Source: Trypethelium eluteriae
Lineage: Eukaryota
Assembly: GCA_051942245.1 (NCBI GenBank)
Contig: JAVECL010000055.1
Span: forward strand, 1-64,000
DNA: 64,000 nucleotides
Reading direction: 5' to 3'
Shown: positions 34,876-49,187 of the stretch, piece by piece
Layout of the letters: each line of letters starts with the position of its first letter
Numbering within the stretch: position 1 is the stretch's first letter
The notes under the pieces: generated by a model
Told to the model about the DNA's origin: nothing
The model's input: the letters and a program-made list of their open reading frames with translations, nothing else
Database searches by the model: none
Position numbers and translations under genes: made by a program

Positions 34876-35809
34876 GCTGAGGCATATGGGAAGATGGGGA
34901 TGAGGCATTTGGGGTGATATTTGGAGGGAGACTGGGGGAGCTGAGTGATGGGGCATGGAAGCGGGATTCTGGAATCTCTACGGCTAGCCTAGATGGGAGG
35001 GGACTCCTCGGTTGTGATAGATTTGGGGCCTCTGGCATCGCTTGCTCTTTGCGCAAAAATGCGCAGTTTCGATTATAAGGAGGGGACATAGGGCTAATCT
35101 TTTCGGCGTCTAATTACGTTTGGGTTAAATAGTGAGGTTCTAATTCTTACGGCCAGTGAAGTCATCTCATTGTAGCATAGCAGACTATAGGAGTAATGCT
35201 AAACAAGGTGTAATGGTTTCAATGGTTCGTATGTGTCTTGGTTATCGATACCTTGGCTATCTGCTCTATTATAAAGGTGGTCATCGAAACGGCCTGAATA
35301 TAGGTGGGTTTGCTTCGGGTACGCTAGTTGAACTTCGGAGTTGGTTCGCGAATGGCAAACTTCTAGAATCTCTGACTACTTAATTATCTATAACTGGTTG
35401 AAATCTGTACATTGATACTAGAAAGCCCGAGAGACGGAGTAGCACTACTTCGAATTACTTTTGAAGTGTACCTATTGTCATCGACGATCTCCCTGCAAGA
35501 GATTGATGCGTAGCTACCCTTGAATGAGGTAGCAAGGGGAGAGTTGGTTGACATAAGTGTAGAGAGGGAACGAAAAGAAAAAGCAAGACAGAGTCGTCAG
35601 AGGTGTAATTTCTCTCATCTTCAGCCTCGTCGACTTTGAAGGGCCATTGTGGAAGGTGACACCATGGCTGTGTGCATCAAGGCAGCCGCCTGGTCGCAAC
35701 TCAAGGCAGAAGCTCCTTCTAACACTTGTCATCCGGGCATTTCAGAATCAGTCTCGGCCGACGCTCTTTCACAAGTCTGTTCGAGAAACTACGCATCGTG
35801 ATCACAACG

Positions 35810-38800
35810 ATGAAGGGACGATTCCACCGAAAACCCAAACCCCAACAAGATGATCGAGGGGACCCTCAGGCTTCATCTAAAGCCTCCACTTTGGGAATGA
35901 CACGAAAGACACCTCCTTGGGGTCTCAAGCTACTCTATGACGCTGAGAGTAGCGCGGTAGAGTAAGTAAGTATTTCGTGGTCCTACGGTTTGGATGAGAT
36001 GGTACGCAAGCTTGGGGAACCCCATTCGAGAACTAGTAGCTTGGACGAGGCTTCAAGCATACCTCGATACCGCGCAAGGACGATATTTTAGAGCTATGGA
36101 GGAGCCTTTCGCCTCCGACTTTTGGTTCTCCACCTATTTAACTGTCCAGTTAGCTCTCTCCATGGTTTCAGGTCGAACATTGAGTGATCCTGCTGACGTC
36201 TTCTGTTAACTTCTTCGTATCATCTTCATTCACGGTCTCGCTGGCCATCTGGAAAAGGCATGGACGGCAGGCAATGCTACGGTCCCATGGCCTCAGACCC
36301 TCCTGCCTGCCAAAGTGTCTAATGCACGCATACTCACTTTCGGATACGATGCAGTTGTGACAGACTGGAGGGGTGTGGTTTCTAAAAGTCGAATCGGAAA
36401 CCACGCTTTGAACTTATTAAATGCTGTGGCGACGTACCGGGATAATGATGATACCGTAAGTCCTGAGCGTATGAGCAAAAGTCTCGAGAATACGCAGATT
36501 GGTTGGGAACATCACAACCACCCCCAACGATATCTGTTTGGCCATAGCTCTTATTTGTTAAATGTCTTGGAACAACAGAACTCCCCTTCTTCATAGAACG
36601 ATCGGCCTGTAATCTTTGTGTATCATAGCCTCGGAGGCCTTGTTTGCGAAGATGTAGGTCTTTCTAAATACTGTCTTTTCCCCGATTAGAACCCCGGATG
36701 AGGCGATCTAGACACAGTCGGAGCAATAAAACCTCTAGCTTGTCGTTTACATTCTTTACCCTTGGTCGCTCCATAAATGCCATTCAGCAGAGCTGAGACA
36801 CTTGCAATGACTCAGGGAGCACCTTCTGCTCAAGCCTTGAATCCATTCAACGTCGAGAATCTAGCTCCTCAGAGAACACTGGAGGTTGCTCCATAAAGTC
36901 TTTTCCGTGTCCCTTCTGGCTTTTTGGGGTTTCAGATTTGCTAATATGCTGTGCAGACTCTATTCTTAACCCGCCAAAGGCCAGAGAGACATCCGCAGCG
37001 CGTCGCTGACTTAACCTGTGGAATCGTCTTCCTCGGCACCCCGCATCATGGATCTGGCCTTGCAAAATGGGCCGAGATGCTGGCCAAATCGCTTGGGCTT
37101 CTGAAGCAGACGAACCCTCAAATTCTAGGGGCGCTCAATGATGATTCTGAGGTTCTCGCACGGATTCAAGATGGATTCCATGCCATGATCAGGTCACGAA
37201 GTCAAAATGGACTTCGACCCATTGAGATCACATGCTTCTATGAGGAACTACCTTTGCCTGGCATTGGTACGGTAAGTTGCGTCATAGACCCAACCAATGG
37301 TGGAATAAGACATGTTGCTGCTAATAGAGGTGGCGAATATTTGGATGTCCGTACATTCTGTGGGAGGGGGCGCTTCGGCAATGTCAATATATCAAGGACC
37401 GTGGAAAAGAGCTCAGAGGAATGTCGAACTGGTGTCTGTACAAGGTCCTCCTGACCGCCCTACTCGAGCTTCACGTACCTGGAAGCCCGCTAGCCAACTC
37501 TTGTGCCTCGCTTACCGTGCCGATATTTTTGAGCTTTTCCCCTGATAGGCCGTGCATAAGGGCTTAAGCGAAGGGAAGACGGCGACTTCCTGCTCAAAAT
37601 TCCACCGGGATCCTTCCAGATTGGCTAAAGCTGAAGTGGGCCTGTTGGTTGGATAAAAGCTGTACGAGCCCTTGTTCGATGTCCTTCTGAACTCTCGTCC
37701 ACGGTTTCTTGGTCCTTGCTGAAGGGCCCCGAGGTGTTGGGTCATAAACCTGGTTATCACCGATACAAATAAGCCTCGTTAGCATTGAATTGTCTTATTC
37801 TACCACCAGGTGGGCATCTCATTAATCACAGCATGCGCCGACAAGCTACTTGCAGGTTGTTCCATCTCATTCAGCCATCCTGCCTGGTTATAATTCGATA
37901 GGAATACGGCAGAATCACATGGAAATGACAAAGTTCGAACATGAGGGTGACCCGGGATTCGAGGCTGTCGCTGGAGAACTTCGTCGATGGATAAAAGAAT
38001 TTGTTTTTTTTGCCTTAACCGGGGTGGCAAGTACTGATCTATCACAATCTAGACAAGCAAAACAGCAGAGGGGTTCCGTGTGTACGTAATTAAGACCTCA
38101 ATACCCGTTCTCAGAGGTATCTAAAACGAGAAAGAACAGTCATGGTGCCATATACCAGCAACCCGAGGTTTGTTGGGCGAGCCGAGATACTTGAAAAATT
38201 GCAAAATTATCTTGTTCATCGCAACCAGCCTGAACTTCAGACTTCCCAAGCACGAGCTGCTCTATTTGGCCTCGGCGATATCGGGTAAGAATAACGCCAA
38301 AATCTGTATACTCACGGTCAAAATTCCCGAAAAGCTTATTGGCATATGCCCCCCGAAATCGTTCAAGGGACCAAGTCATTCTGCAAATCAGTCTTGACGT
38401 CCCAGGAAAATTTGAATGATCACCTGAGAGTGGCCCTTTAGTATTTTTGCCGACTTTGCTTGTGTAGCTTCACGTACTTAGAGAGATTGCTAATATATCC
38501 AAGGAAAACTCAGATTGCCATAGCTTTCGCCTACTAGGTGCGGAAGATACTCCCAGAGGTATCAATATTCTGGGTACACGCCAGCAGCCCAGAACGCTAA
38601 ACGCTATCGAGATAAAGATGAGGGTGTTCGGGGACGAGCATGAAGAGACACTTATTTCACTGGAGGGCCTGGCAACAGCCTACAACTATCAAGAGCGATG
38701 GACTGAGGCACAGGAGCTAGGTGAACAAATATTAGAGGTGAACAAGAGGACACCAGGCGAAGAGGATTGTTGGACGTTATCAGCTACGGGAATCCTAGTA

Positions 38801-39190
38801 CGAACCTACATCGGTCAAGAACGATGGACTGAGGCACAGGAGCTAACTGAACGAAAAGTAGAGGGGCTTAAGAGGATAAAAGGGGAGGAAGATCCATTGA
38901 CATTTTTTGCCATGCACCTTTTATCAGCAATCTATTACAAGCAAAGACGGTGGACTGCGGCCGAAGCGCTAATAGTGCGAGTGATGGAGGTGATGGAGAG
39001 GGTACTGGGGGAGGAGCATCCCTTTACCCTGCACAGTATGTATTGCCTTGCGCTGGTTTGGAAACGTTTAGATCGACATGATGCGGCGGTGGAAGTAATG
39101 TCCAAACTTGCGGAACGACAGAAACGTACCATGGGCTTGGGTCAGGCAGCTCACGCTCTCACACAAGGCTCAAGGGAAATTATGGAGTAA
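35810..39190 (+). pseudogene. Fungal NLR pseudogene: SesB-like alpha/beta hydrolase, truncated NB-ARC and TPR repeats
   Basis: Exons 35810-35961, 36218-36455 (IIFIHGL, ILTFGYDA), 36597-36653 (HSLGG), 36957-37271 (FLGTPHHGS, CFYEE), 37856-38081 (NHMEMTKF), 38140-38284 (NPRFVGR, GLGDIG), 38504 onward (KTQIA). Lesions: exon 2 acceptor is CG not AG, TAG at 38535, TAA at 38598, and a jump directly from early NB-ARC into 42-aa TPRs. Confidence 0.85.
38618..39190 (+). repeat. Kinesin-light-chain-like TPR repeats with 126-nt period
   Basis: CGATGGACTGAGGCACAGGAGCTA is identical at 38696 and 38822; repeats VFGDEHEETL / TPGEEDCWTL / IKGEEDPLTF / VLGEEHPFTL. Confidence 0.85.
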
Positions 39191-39650
39191 TGGATGGTAT
39201 GTACATGAGGTTCCTAGGCTTGACGGCATTGGCACTGGCCGAACTCTCGTTTGGGTCTCTCCCGACTCGACATGGAGTAGAATGAAGTCTCCCCGAAAGG
39301 CATCATCAGAACGCAGTTTCAATAGGCTCATCAAAGGTGACCCCCTCCTATCGCAATCTCAGCGTGGAAAATATGAATGCATATATTAGCCCTCAACATA
39401 TCAATTGAGGGGTACCGTCAAGTCTAGATTAGACTCAGGCCTGAAAGGACAAACGGATGTTTGAGGCATGTTAGGTTGGCTTAGAGTTCTCATTGGAACT
39501 AGTGTTACGAATGTATTTAGTATAGTCAATGGGATTGAAACATGATATTAGTCAAAAGAATGACCCTGCATGGCCCTTATGTACATTAGAAATAATTGCA
39601 ATTGACAAAAAGCAGCTTTTGAGTCTAAGGAATGCCGCAAATCGGTTTCT

Positions 39651-40711
39651 TCACGTCGGCGTATTAGCAACAGGGGGCTGTTGTTCCACGCTGCTTCCAT
39701 ATATTCCGGCCATAATCATCTTCGAATACTCACCGACTGTAATGCCCGTCGGAATGATTAATCCGTTGGCTTTGTACTGCTCCATCGCTTCACCTGTGCC
39801 ACAGATCTTCAAGGGTTCAAGACGTGTATCTGGAACGGCAGCACCGAAGTAGGCCATGCTCATTCTCTCCACATCATGCGGCACGCCATCGAACGTTACA
39901 CGGTGCTTAGTCGCCTTTAGTTGTCCTCCGGACCCTGTGTTGCCAAGTGCAGTCAGCACATGCTTCGAGGATTCAGAAAGAACGCTGCTCATCAGCAGCG
40001 CACGGACTTACAGAACGCAAGTGCATCGCCCAGGTTGACGAGTATGTTATTTTCTAGATGTGGAGCAGACACCCATCCCTTCCCATCTGGCGCCTCGATT
40101 TCAAGGCCCGCGCACGTCTGGAAAAGAAGTGTGACAGAGCCCGAGTCTGAATGGGCAGACATTCGAGTTGTACTCTCAGATGGTTCTCGACTTCGGGCAG
40201 GGTAGCATAGTATACGGAATTGATTGCCGTTTCCACCGTCTTCAGCATGGGCTTTGGCGAAGTAATTGCGGTCCGGAAGATCCAATGCTAGTGCAAGGCA
40301 GACCAATAGTTTGATGACAAGATCATGGCAGATGTGTTTGAACGCCTCAATCCTGTCGACCTTGTCACGCCAATAAGGCGGAAGGGCCTCTTGTCCTTCT
40401 TTACATGCGAGACAACCGGGCTTACCAGAGAACCACATGCTTGCCTTATCATCTTTTTTACGATCGCTGAGCGGCCCACTGTAGCCCACGTACTGACCAT
40501 TTATGGGCCATCGCGTCTTCTGATCCTCGGGCACATCATTGAAGAAATCACGTGAGAGCTTGAACATCTCTCCAATATCTTTGGTCGGTATTGGATGGTT
40601 CTTAAGAAGCAGAAAGCCCCACGTCCGACTTGCATCGGTGATCTCTTTGGCGATGGCGAACTGACAATCCTTGTCATCAATATGCTTTATATCAATAATC
40701 GGAAATGCCAT
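39651..40711 (-). CDS. 2-oxoglutarate/Fe(II)-dependent dioxygenase (IPNS-like fold), about 327 aa
   Basis: Exons 40711-40012 and 39934-39651. FPIIDI and WGFLLLKNH N-domain, HSD iron ligands, VNLGDAL, KATKHRV, RMS 2OG-binding motif. Confidence 0.92.
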
Positions 40712-43700
40712 TTTGAGGCGGGAAGGTAAAAAGGAAATGGTCCTGACTAAAGAACATATGGAAAAGAAAAATGTAGAGAATGCGGAAAGGGACGACGTTG
40801 GATAGAGAGGTACGTACTTGTCCAGCACCAAGCTCGGCATATCTGACGTGCCTAAGTCTGCATGCGCATGTCCGATTGAGGTTTAGGCTCCCAGCTGAGG
40901 ATTATACAAGGTAGGACCTACTTGACGGAGATCTGAGTTCCTTTCAAGACTTCAAAGCTAGGCAAGCAGTGTTTCTTGCTAGCCCACACAGTGATATTTA
41001 CGATCTTCTCTACGTGGAAGGTTCGATGACAGTTTCTCTTATCCACTCTATTCAAGGAACTTCTCGTCCATGTCGGCAAGACTTTCAGAAGCAAAGATCG
41101 GACTTCCAGATCGAGGATCATTGCACGTAGTTTTGCGGCTGTCGACCTAATCTAGCCCGGCACACAGCTACTTTGAGGGCGGCTTCGCTACCGACAGAGG
41201 GTATCGTGCAAGGCCAGGGTGAGCGACATTGCATATAGTTTGTTGTGGAATGGGCTGGACAATCTCACGTTGATTCTGCTCAAGTCAATGCCATCCAAGT
41301 CCATGAGCAGCCCAGGCGAAGTGCGAGACTGTGTGAAAATCAAAGGTAGCCACCACGCATAACCACTAATTTGAGGGATAAAACACCAAGATACTGGGTC
41401 GACTGGGACGATTAGTAAATCTGGCTTCCTCTAATCGACCTTTGAAGTAGTATCAAGAACATCACACAAGGGATGGAATACCCCACGATAGTGACCCCAC
41501 CGAAAAATCAGATTGAAGCGCTCGACAAGCCTCTACATTTCATCCGGTCGGTCTGTGCATGGCCATGCTTCAATGCAACATGTCCAAGTGTAGTCTCGAA
41601 GATGGAAGAGTGGCGGGGGACCGGAGATACTTCCGAAGGGGCAACGGTGTTTTCTCCGATTCCTGTCCTTTTGTGATCGCCGCTTGAAGCCCCAGAACCG
41701 CCGGAAATGCCTTAGTATACTGATAAGCTTGGGTCGAGCGTAATGTACTCCGCATAGAGCACGTACCCTTGACAGATCTCTCAGGCCTCTTTTCCTTTTT
41801 TTACGCCACCGATCTGATCCAGTTCCGATCTCCGAATGCAAGAGATACTAGCCGTGCGATCGGCATTTCTGCACCGTCTGAGCCGCTCCCTCAGCTTCAG
41901 CTGCCGTGGCTGCCTACATAGTGAAGGCTGGAGGAGTTGGAGGACGGAAGTACCTACTGCCGGCGCACTGGCCAACTTCTGTACCTCTTGTGTTAAGGAA
42001 GCAGATTTCAAGCTGTCGTCCATTGTGATGAGTTAAAGTTGTATCCGGCTTCTTCATTTCAGTGATGTTGTATGATTTGTTTCTGGGAAGGGACTAAAAG
42101 GTCAGTTTCTTGCGGCGCCTAAGATCGAACATCATTGGATATGGAAGGGTTCAGAGATTGGTATTCTAACGGAGCGCGCCACCATTGGTCTTCCCAAGCT
42201 TGATTTAGGCAAAGGCATCATCAAGTCGAGCATTATTCATGAAAAGGTGGGATTCATTAATTCTTCCATCCTCTGGACGTCCATATCTTCCTGTCTGCCT
42301 TTAGATCAATTCCAAAAGAAGCAGTTCTGCAGATAGGTTTCCACCAAGGCTGGAACGGCGCATCTCGTTGGCGTCTAGCGGGAGTGCCGCCCGCTTCGAA
42401 AGGCTGACAAGCTAAGATTACGAGAACACCTGGGGCCACTCTGGTCATTGTCGTGGAGGGACAATATCCTAAATGAAGGGTCATTCCTTACGACGATCTC
42501 CGCACGGACGCCCGACGGTGGTCAGTCGGAGTCTTCTACATCAGCATCCAAAAATGAGGCTGAGAGAGAGCAGAGAATAGAGTATTGACTAAACTTTCCG
42601 GTAGGTCGATGTCACATAGATACGCTCATGCAGGTACGGTGATATCGGGATATTTGCGTGCATACATGTTCCAGATCAAAGGTTAGATCGGAAAACCAGA
42701 CCGTTGTTTGCAGACGGAAATGATAGTCTGGGCCGGCTGAGAGCAGCGGTCCAGTCAATTGTCTCCTATTTCGGTGTCTGCACATGCAAACGCCACACCC
42801 GCTCGGAAAGATGTGTCATCGTCGAGAGGGCGGAGAGCTTGCGTTGCTTGTTTCAAAGACTGGGGGAGCCTTGTCTGTTAAGGGGATTAGCCTCCGCCAA
42901 AGTCCGGCGTAGAGCCCAGTGAGCCCGTCGTAGCACCGGCAAAGGCGGGATGCTAAAAGCTGGTGAGCTGGTCGCGCTCTCATGTTGGCGTCGCGTCTTA
43001 TTTCCTTTTCATCTCGTGCGATTGCGTGTCTCTTATCTTGTCGTGAATGCATGTTGGGAGCTTTGGTCGGGAATTGTCACCGTCTCTTAAGGACTGAGAC
43101 TGCAGTGGTACATTGCATATTGACTGCTGAAGCAGTGCGAAGCATGCCAGTGCTGACCAGTCAGATACTGACGGTGGCGTCTGTCGCCCACACCCTCCTC
43201 TACTATAGCGCACCCATGCGCCCAAAAAGAGACGGAGTCAGGGGATGATCAGCAGGCCAAAGCCCAAGTTCCCCCCGCGTTCAGCATCACCGCATCATCA
43301 GATGACTCGGATATCTCGCTTGCGGCGTCCACCATGGCTCGCTTGACCGCATCGAGCGCTCGTCGACGCTCCCTCTCATAGGTTGCAACGTCACCGTATC
43401 CCAGGAAAGGAGATCAGATAGTGCTTTTGGTCGCTTGTGGCGGACGGACACGGATGCCCTTCTCAGCCTTGACCCAGATTGCGCGAATCTCGCAGCTTCT
43501 GAACGGCGACTGTTGTTTCCTACATGATTGGAGAGTGGAATGAGGGACGGTTGTACAAAGTGAGGGGAGTCGATGCAGTGCGGTGCATCTGGAGTGGCTC
43601 AAAGAGCACTGCCGTCTCCGTACATACTCCATACCTCCTAGTAGTTTACAGGAGGCCCCTGGCCAAATTAAGATGGAAAAGCGCCAAGCAATCAAAAGGT

Positions 43701-44377
43701 AAGCACGGCCAATGGCCGGCCGCAATGGTGTCCTATCTTAATGCAGGGTCTGAGTAGCTTCTGCCCTTCGACTGCAGAAGTCGAGGACAGAAGCGTTTCA
43801 CGTCCTTCTTAATGCAGTGTGATTCTCTGCCTGCCGCTGTTGCTGCTTCCGCTCTTGCTCCTGGCGCTCGCTGCTGGCTCCTTCCCCGGATCTTTTTCAT
43901 CCGCTCTTTCGTGCCGCAGTCTGCATCTACGGCCTGAGGCGCTTCTGCCAACTTCGCTTCGCCGCCGCCTGCTCCTCCTCGTTCGCACTGCGCCCGTCAT
44001 CGTAGGGTAGTCTTATTCGTGTCTTGACTAATATTACCCTCCAACACCATTGCGCTGGCCGCCTAATTGCCCCCACAAGAGACGCGCGAGCATTTTCAGA
44101 TGTGCCAATGGCCGTACCACCCTTTTGACCCACCTCTTTGGTCTTATGTCATGTGTGACACTCGGTAGTCCCTAAGCGCTGGGCGAAACGACCCTACGGT
44201 AATCCCCGGGGTTGCTGGTCTGCCCCTCAAAACCTTCAGAGCGCGACCATCGCGCATTGGTTGTCGCAAAGGACCTCTGTCACAGCTTAACTCGATCAAG
44301 GCCGTATTTTTAGAAGGCTCTTGTCGACCGCCCCTTGCTGGGCCCTTTAGCTGGCTCGATACGGGGATTGCAAAGCC

Positions 44378-47300
44378 ATGTCTGGTCAGCGATCCCCTTC
44401 ACATCTCGAATCCCTTCCTGCGAATACGGCCTCACCCTCTCCTCGTCCAGAAAGTTTCCGAACGAATTCCAACGATTCGGCCACTCCCCGTCCAGGCAAG
44501 CTCTACATCACTCGTCCCGATCCTCGAAACGCGACCCGTAGACCGATACCTAGCCCGCTTCAGGCCAGTCTGACGTCGAGCACATCCGGAGAGGACCTCC
44601 ATAGTCCGGCTCTGTCTTCGGCTAGTCTTCGAAGTCCAAGTTTCGCAGTACCGGCCTCCTCACCTTCTTCACCCATCTCTCCACCCGGTTCCGCACGTGA
44701 AGCACCTCGCTCACCAAAAGAGCGCCTGGATGCGTTCTTTGCGGGAGGGCACGAAGCGTCCGTTGGCAGCGTTACGCGAGCTCAAGGTATATTGCAGACG
44801 AGGTCTACAACACAGTTGAGAAACGTATCTGCCCCGGTCTCTTCCTCACAGGATTTTGCCGCTCCCTCACTACCCGCCACCATGACAACGGCATCGCGGC
44901 CGAGCAGGCCGGACCCTCGCCCCATTTCGGCACCTCGAAATGCTTCAATCGATTCTGCAGTTTCGGCAGTATCCTCGAACGCCTCCCACTCAATGCAATC
45001 AAATGGATCACATTCGTACAAGTCGTCGCAAGACACCACCGCCTCGACCCCTCCAGATATTCACAGCATGATTGCTGCGGCTGGCTCGGCTGAGAGCCTA
45101 ATACATAATCTCATCAAGGATAAGCAGGCCGCTCAAGCAAGAGATTCGCAGCTTTGGCGATTAGTTGAGAAGCAGCGGGCAATGATATTAGGGCTGAACA
45201 AAGACTTGGATCGGGCTATCAAGGACAAGGAAAAATATCGAAAAAGATTGAAGGAGCAATTGGCAGCAAATGGGGCACGCTCCGGTTCGACAGCAGACGC
45301 TTTGTCACGACGCGATGGCACTCCCTCATCGACGCTAAGTGACCAATCCCTCGTCACTGTGTCTTCGAACCAGAGCAGGGATACTATTTCCGGCATACAT
45401 GCACTACACTCTGGCAGCTCCACTTTATCAAGTCCTAGCCAAAACCCCGATGTGCAGCCAGCCCCTCTATCTCTGAGACATGCCGCTGCTGTGGCCGAGG
45501 CGCAAGAAGAGGATTCGGCCAGCTCTAGCCCACCAAAAGATACCCAACATGAAAAGAGTCATCAGGAAGACGTCAAGCTGAAGAATGATTCTCAAGGGGC
45601 TAAAGCTCCTTCGAAAAATGCCGACCTCAAGCATTCCCGGGAAGACTCCTATACACCAGGACAAGACGTGATCACTACTCCAAAACGAGACGCATTTGAA
45701 GAACCTCCAACAGTATCACTCACTCAAGCTACCCCGACTTTGGGTGCTCCACCAAGTCCTCCCACTGACAGACCTACTCCTGTCATAAAAAAGGGGCCTC
45801 CAGCGCCTTTGGATCTATCTCATCCCAACCGCATTAGCAACCACCTTCACAGAACTTCCAATGACGAAAATGGGCTCGATTCTGGATCTGAGTATGATGA
45901 CATTCTTGAAGTTGAGGAATTGCCGATTTTTGAAGACAGAGGTCGGCGGAAGACAAGGGAAGAGGATGATCAACAGCGGGAAGCAGTGGTGGCCGCAGAG
46001 CAAGGAGCGCACAGTCAATCAACAAAGCTGAAGAAGAAGACCAGCAAAGGCAGTAAGCCTGGCAAGAGTCAGACCGGTACCAAAAGTCCACAAACAAGCG
46101 GTTCGGATAATCCTGGTAATGAGCCGTCAGATGGGCAAGTTTCATCACCCACAGTGCCAAAATATGCTGCTATCCAACCCAATCAAGGTTCGATTGCAGC
46201 ATTGCTCAGCCCTACAAGCTCGGAAGCGCCATCACAGCGGAGCAATGTTGTCTCGCCGCTCACGAGTCCTGGGCTTCCCACAAGTCCGCGGCCAGGGGAT
46301 AGACCATTGAACTCTCCTACGCCCCGAATGCCACAGAGATCAATCGCTTCTCCTCCAACTTCACCACATCCTACAAACAATACAATACCTCTTTCACCCC
46401 GCGCACCTAAGCAACCGATCCCCATGCCTCCCACCTCTCCGCTATCGTCTGCTTCTCCACACCTAGCAAGAGCTGAACAATACCAGAAACAAGCTGAACA
46501 AACTTCCATCGCTGATCGTTTGAATCCGGATACCCCACAAGAGACTCCTGAGTTAGAGACGCAACAATTGGACTTTACGGAGACACCCGGGGAACAGATC
46601 TTCAGAGGGTTCATGTCAGCCAATTATCCTGGCCTGCTTATCTCTCCATCGGCTCTTTCTGCGATCAATGTGCGGGTGTATTCGTCACGCCTGAAGCCTT
46701 CAAGGGCCAGTTTCATTGCCCCCAAACCTGAAGAAGACCCTGTTTTCACGCTTGCTATCTATGCTCGTTCTGATGGACGACAGTTGTGGCGAGTCGAAAA
46801 GACTATCCTTGCTTTGCCAGCATTCGATCAGCAAATCAAGTCCACTTCTTCTTTCCAGGAAAACCTCCCTGATCGGGCTCTGTTCAATGGACATGCGCCT
46901 GCGAAGATTGATGCACGCCGGTCGGCACTCAATACCTATTTTGACAAACTGCTAGAAACGCCCTTCAGTGAGCAAGCGGCTCTGAATGTCTGTAAATTCC
47001 TCTCAACCGATGTTATTGGGGTGGAAGAGGACGACCGGCGGAGTACACTACTCCTAGACGCTTCTTCGGCAGCGACAGCCCCAACCGCACTTGCGCCCTC
47101 GACAATAAATGGTAGAGCTCGCAAGGATGGTTATCTAACAAAACGTGGCAAAAATTATGGGGGTTGGAAAGCCAGATACTTCGTCTTGGACGGTCCACAG
47201 CTCCGCTACTTTGAGGCGCCTGGAGGTGCCCACCTTGGGTCGATCAAGCTTCCCGGCGCGCAGATTGGAAAGCAGTCGTCTCAGCAAGCAAACCAGTCCC

Positions 47301-49187
47301 CCAGTTCCCATGATGAGGATGTCGATAACCAGTATCGTCATGCCTTTCTGATCCTAGAACCCAAGAGAAAAGACTCGTCAAGTCTTGTTCGACATGTTCT
47401 GTGTGCGGAGAGCGACGAAGAAAGGGATTCATGGGTTGATGCTTTGATGACTTACGTTGATTATCAAGACGAAAGTCATGTTTCGAAACATGGTAAACTG
47501 CAGAAGGGCGCAAAGTCACCTACTTTCCCAAAAGAGCAATACAGCGAACGGCCTTCATCATCCAGACAACATCGACAGGGAAGCGTCTCCCGACCTTCAA
47601 ATGAGTTCCGAGGCTTCCACTACGAAGATGCAGTCGCTGCTGAGGCACCAAGGATGGTTGGACCAAAAGGCACGCCTTCGCCTCCAATGCACGGTGAGTC
47701 GCCTGAGCTAGGTACGGCTCCTGCTGCACGTGAGAGCCATCTGGCAATATCAGGTCCACGTAATGGCGCTAAGATTGATGATGCTTCAGCATGGGGCAAC
47801 AAGTCACAGGCTGCCAAAGATAAGGAGCCGAAGAAGCGGAGCATATTTGGGTTCCGTCAAAGAGTTTCTTCGGACTTTGCCACACTTGCTGCCAATACTC
47901 AAGGACAATCGAATGCCCAATATAATCATGTGGAGCGTCAGTACAACGGTCCAGTGCGGCCAGTCTTCGGTGCGCCACTGGCACAGGCGGTCTATTACTG
48001 TGCTCCTGACAACGTCGACGTCAATCTTCCCGCCGTGGTATATCGCTGCCTCGAGTATTTGACAGAACGAAATGCGGCAAGTGAAGAAGGCATCTTCAGA
48101 CTAAGTGGATCGAACTTGGTCATCAAAGGGCTCCGTGAGCGGTTCAATACTGAAGGTGATGTGCGGCTTCTGGAAGGACCGTACTACGATATTCATGCTG
48201 TGGCATCTCTTTTGAAGCTCTACTTGAGGGAACTTCCTAATTCGATCTTGACTCGCGAACTTCATTTGGAATTTCTCAAGGCACTTGGTAAGTCAATACA
48301 AACCCCCTGACAGAGAAGCTGGCACTGACGAACCCCTAGACCTTGACGAGAAGCAGAAGAAGGTAGCAGCCTGTAATGTGCTTGTCCACCGCCTACCTAC
48401 TGCGAACTTGGAACTCCTGAAGGCTCTGTCATCTTATCTCTTGATAATCACCAATAATGCAGAGGTCAACAAGATGGGTGTTCGCAATGGTAAGCATGGC
48501 TCCAATTCCTACCGGGGGGAGACTCTAACTCACTATTCACCAGTCGGCATCGTCTTTGCGCCCACCCTTAACATTCCCGCCCCCCTTATTTCCCTCTTCC
48601 TCACCGACCACGACTACATATTTGGTGACGCCATCGACGAAGCCCAATCTCCGCTCAAAGAAGTTTCCGTTGAGCCTCCATCTCCTGACAGCATTCGCTC
48701 GCCACGCCGCCAAATGTTCTCGGATCTTCCCACGCCTGGTTACAATACTACATCTTTCCCACAAGATCAATACCCTGTCGCTGCTCCCGCTCCTTTATTC
48801 ACCTCCCACGCGTCCGACGACCCGACCTCTCACTCTCGGTCAGGCTCTCGAACAGATACAGACGCAGCCTTGGGAAATACAGGCTTCATACCGATGCAGC
48901 CATCGTACTCGTACGACTCTGCAAACGTGCATATACAACAAAACCAACATGAAGGACATACGGGATATGGCAGTCTCAACGGTGCGCTCGCGACTGCTCC
49001 ACCCGCGCTACAAGAGAAGAGTGCAGAGAGGATGAGGGCGATTGAGAAGCGGAATCGCCGAGAGAGTGGAATGCTGATGGTGAACATGATGGCGGCACAG
49101 AAGCGGGAGTCTTCCGCCGGGAGGGGGCAGAGTAGTATGAGTAGTTTGAAGAGGATGGCGGAGGGAAGCACGTTTTTCCATGAGTGA
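44378..49187 (+). CDS. BEM3: Bem3-like PX-PH-RhoGAP protein, about 1567 aa
   Basis: Exons 44378-48287, 48340-48489, 48544-49187. N-terminal coiled coil (QLWRLVEKQRAMILGLNKDL), PX (GHAPAKIDARR), PH (KDGYLTKRGKNYGGWKARYFVL), RhoGAP with arginine finger EEGIFRLSG and VGIVFAPTL. Confidence 0.9.

Noticed and set aside
33762..35089. Long antisense and alternate-frame ORFs (up to 296 aa) over the CSI2-like gene
   Set aside because: Expected by-product of very GC-rich, stop-poor coding sequence; the translations are low-complexity with no motifs.
43819..44010. Apparent signal-peptide ORF MILCLPLLLLPLLLLALA
   Set aside because: GTG start within the CT-rich core promoter of BEM3; the Leu run simply reflects pyrimidine richness.
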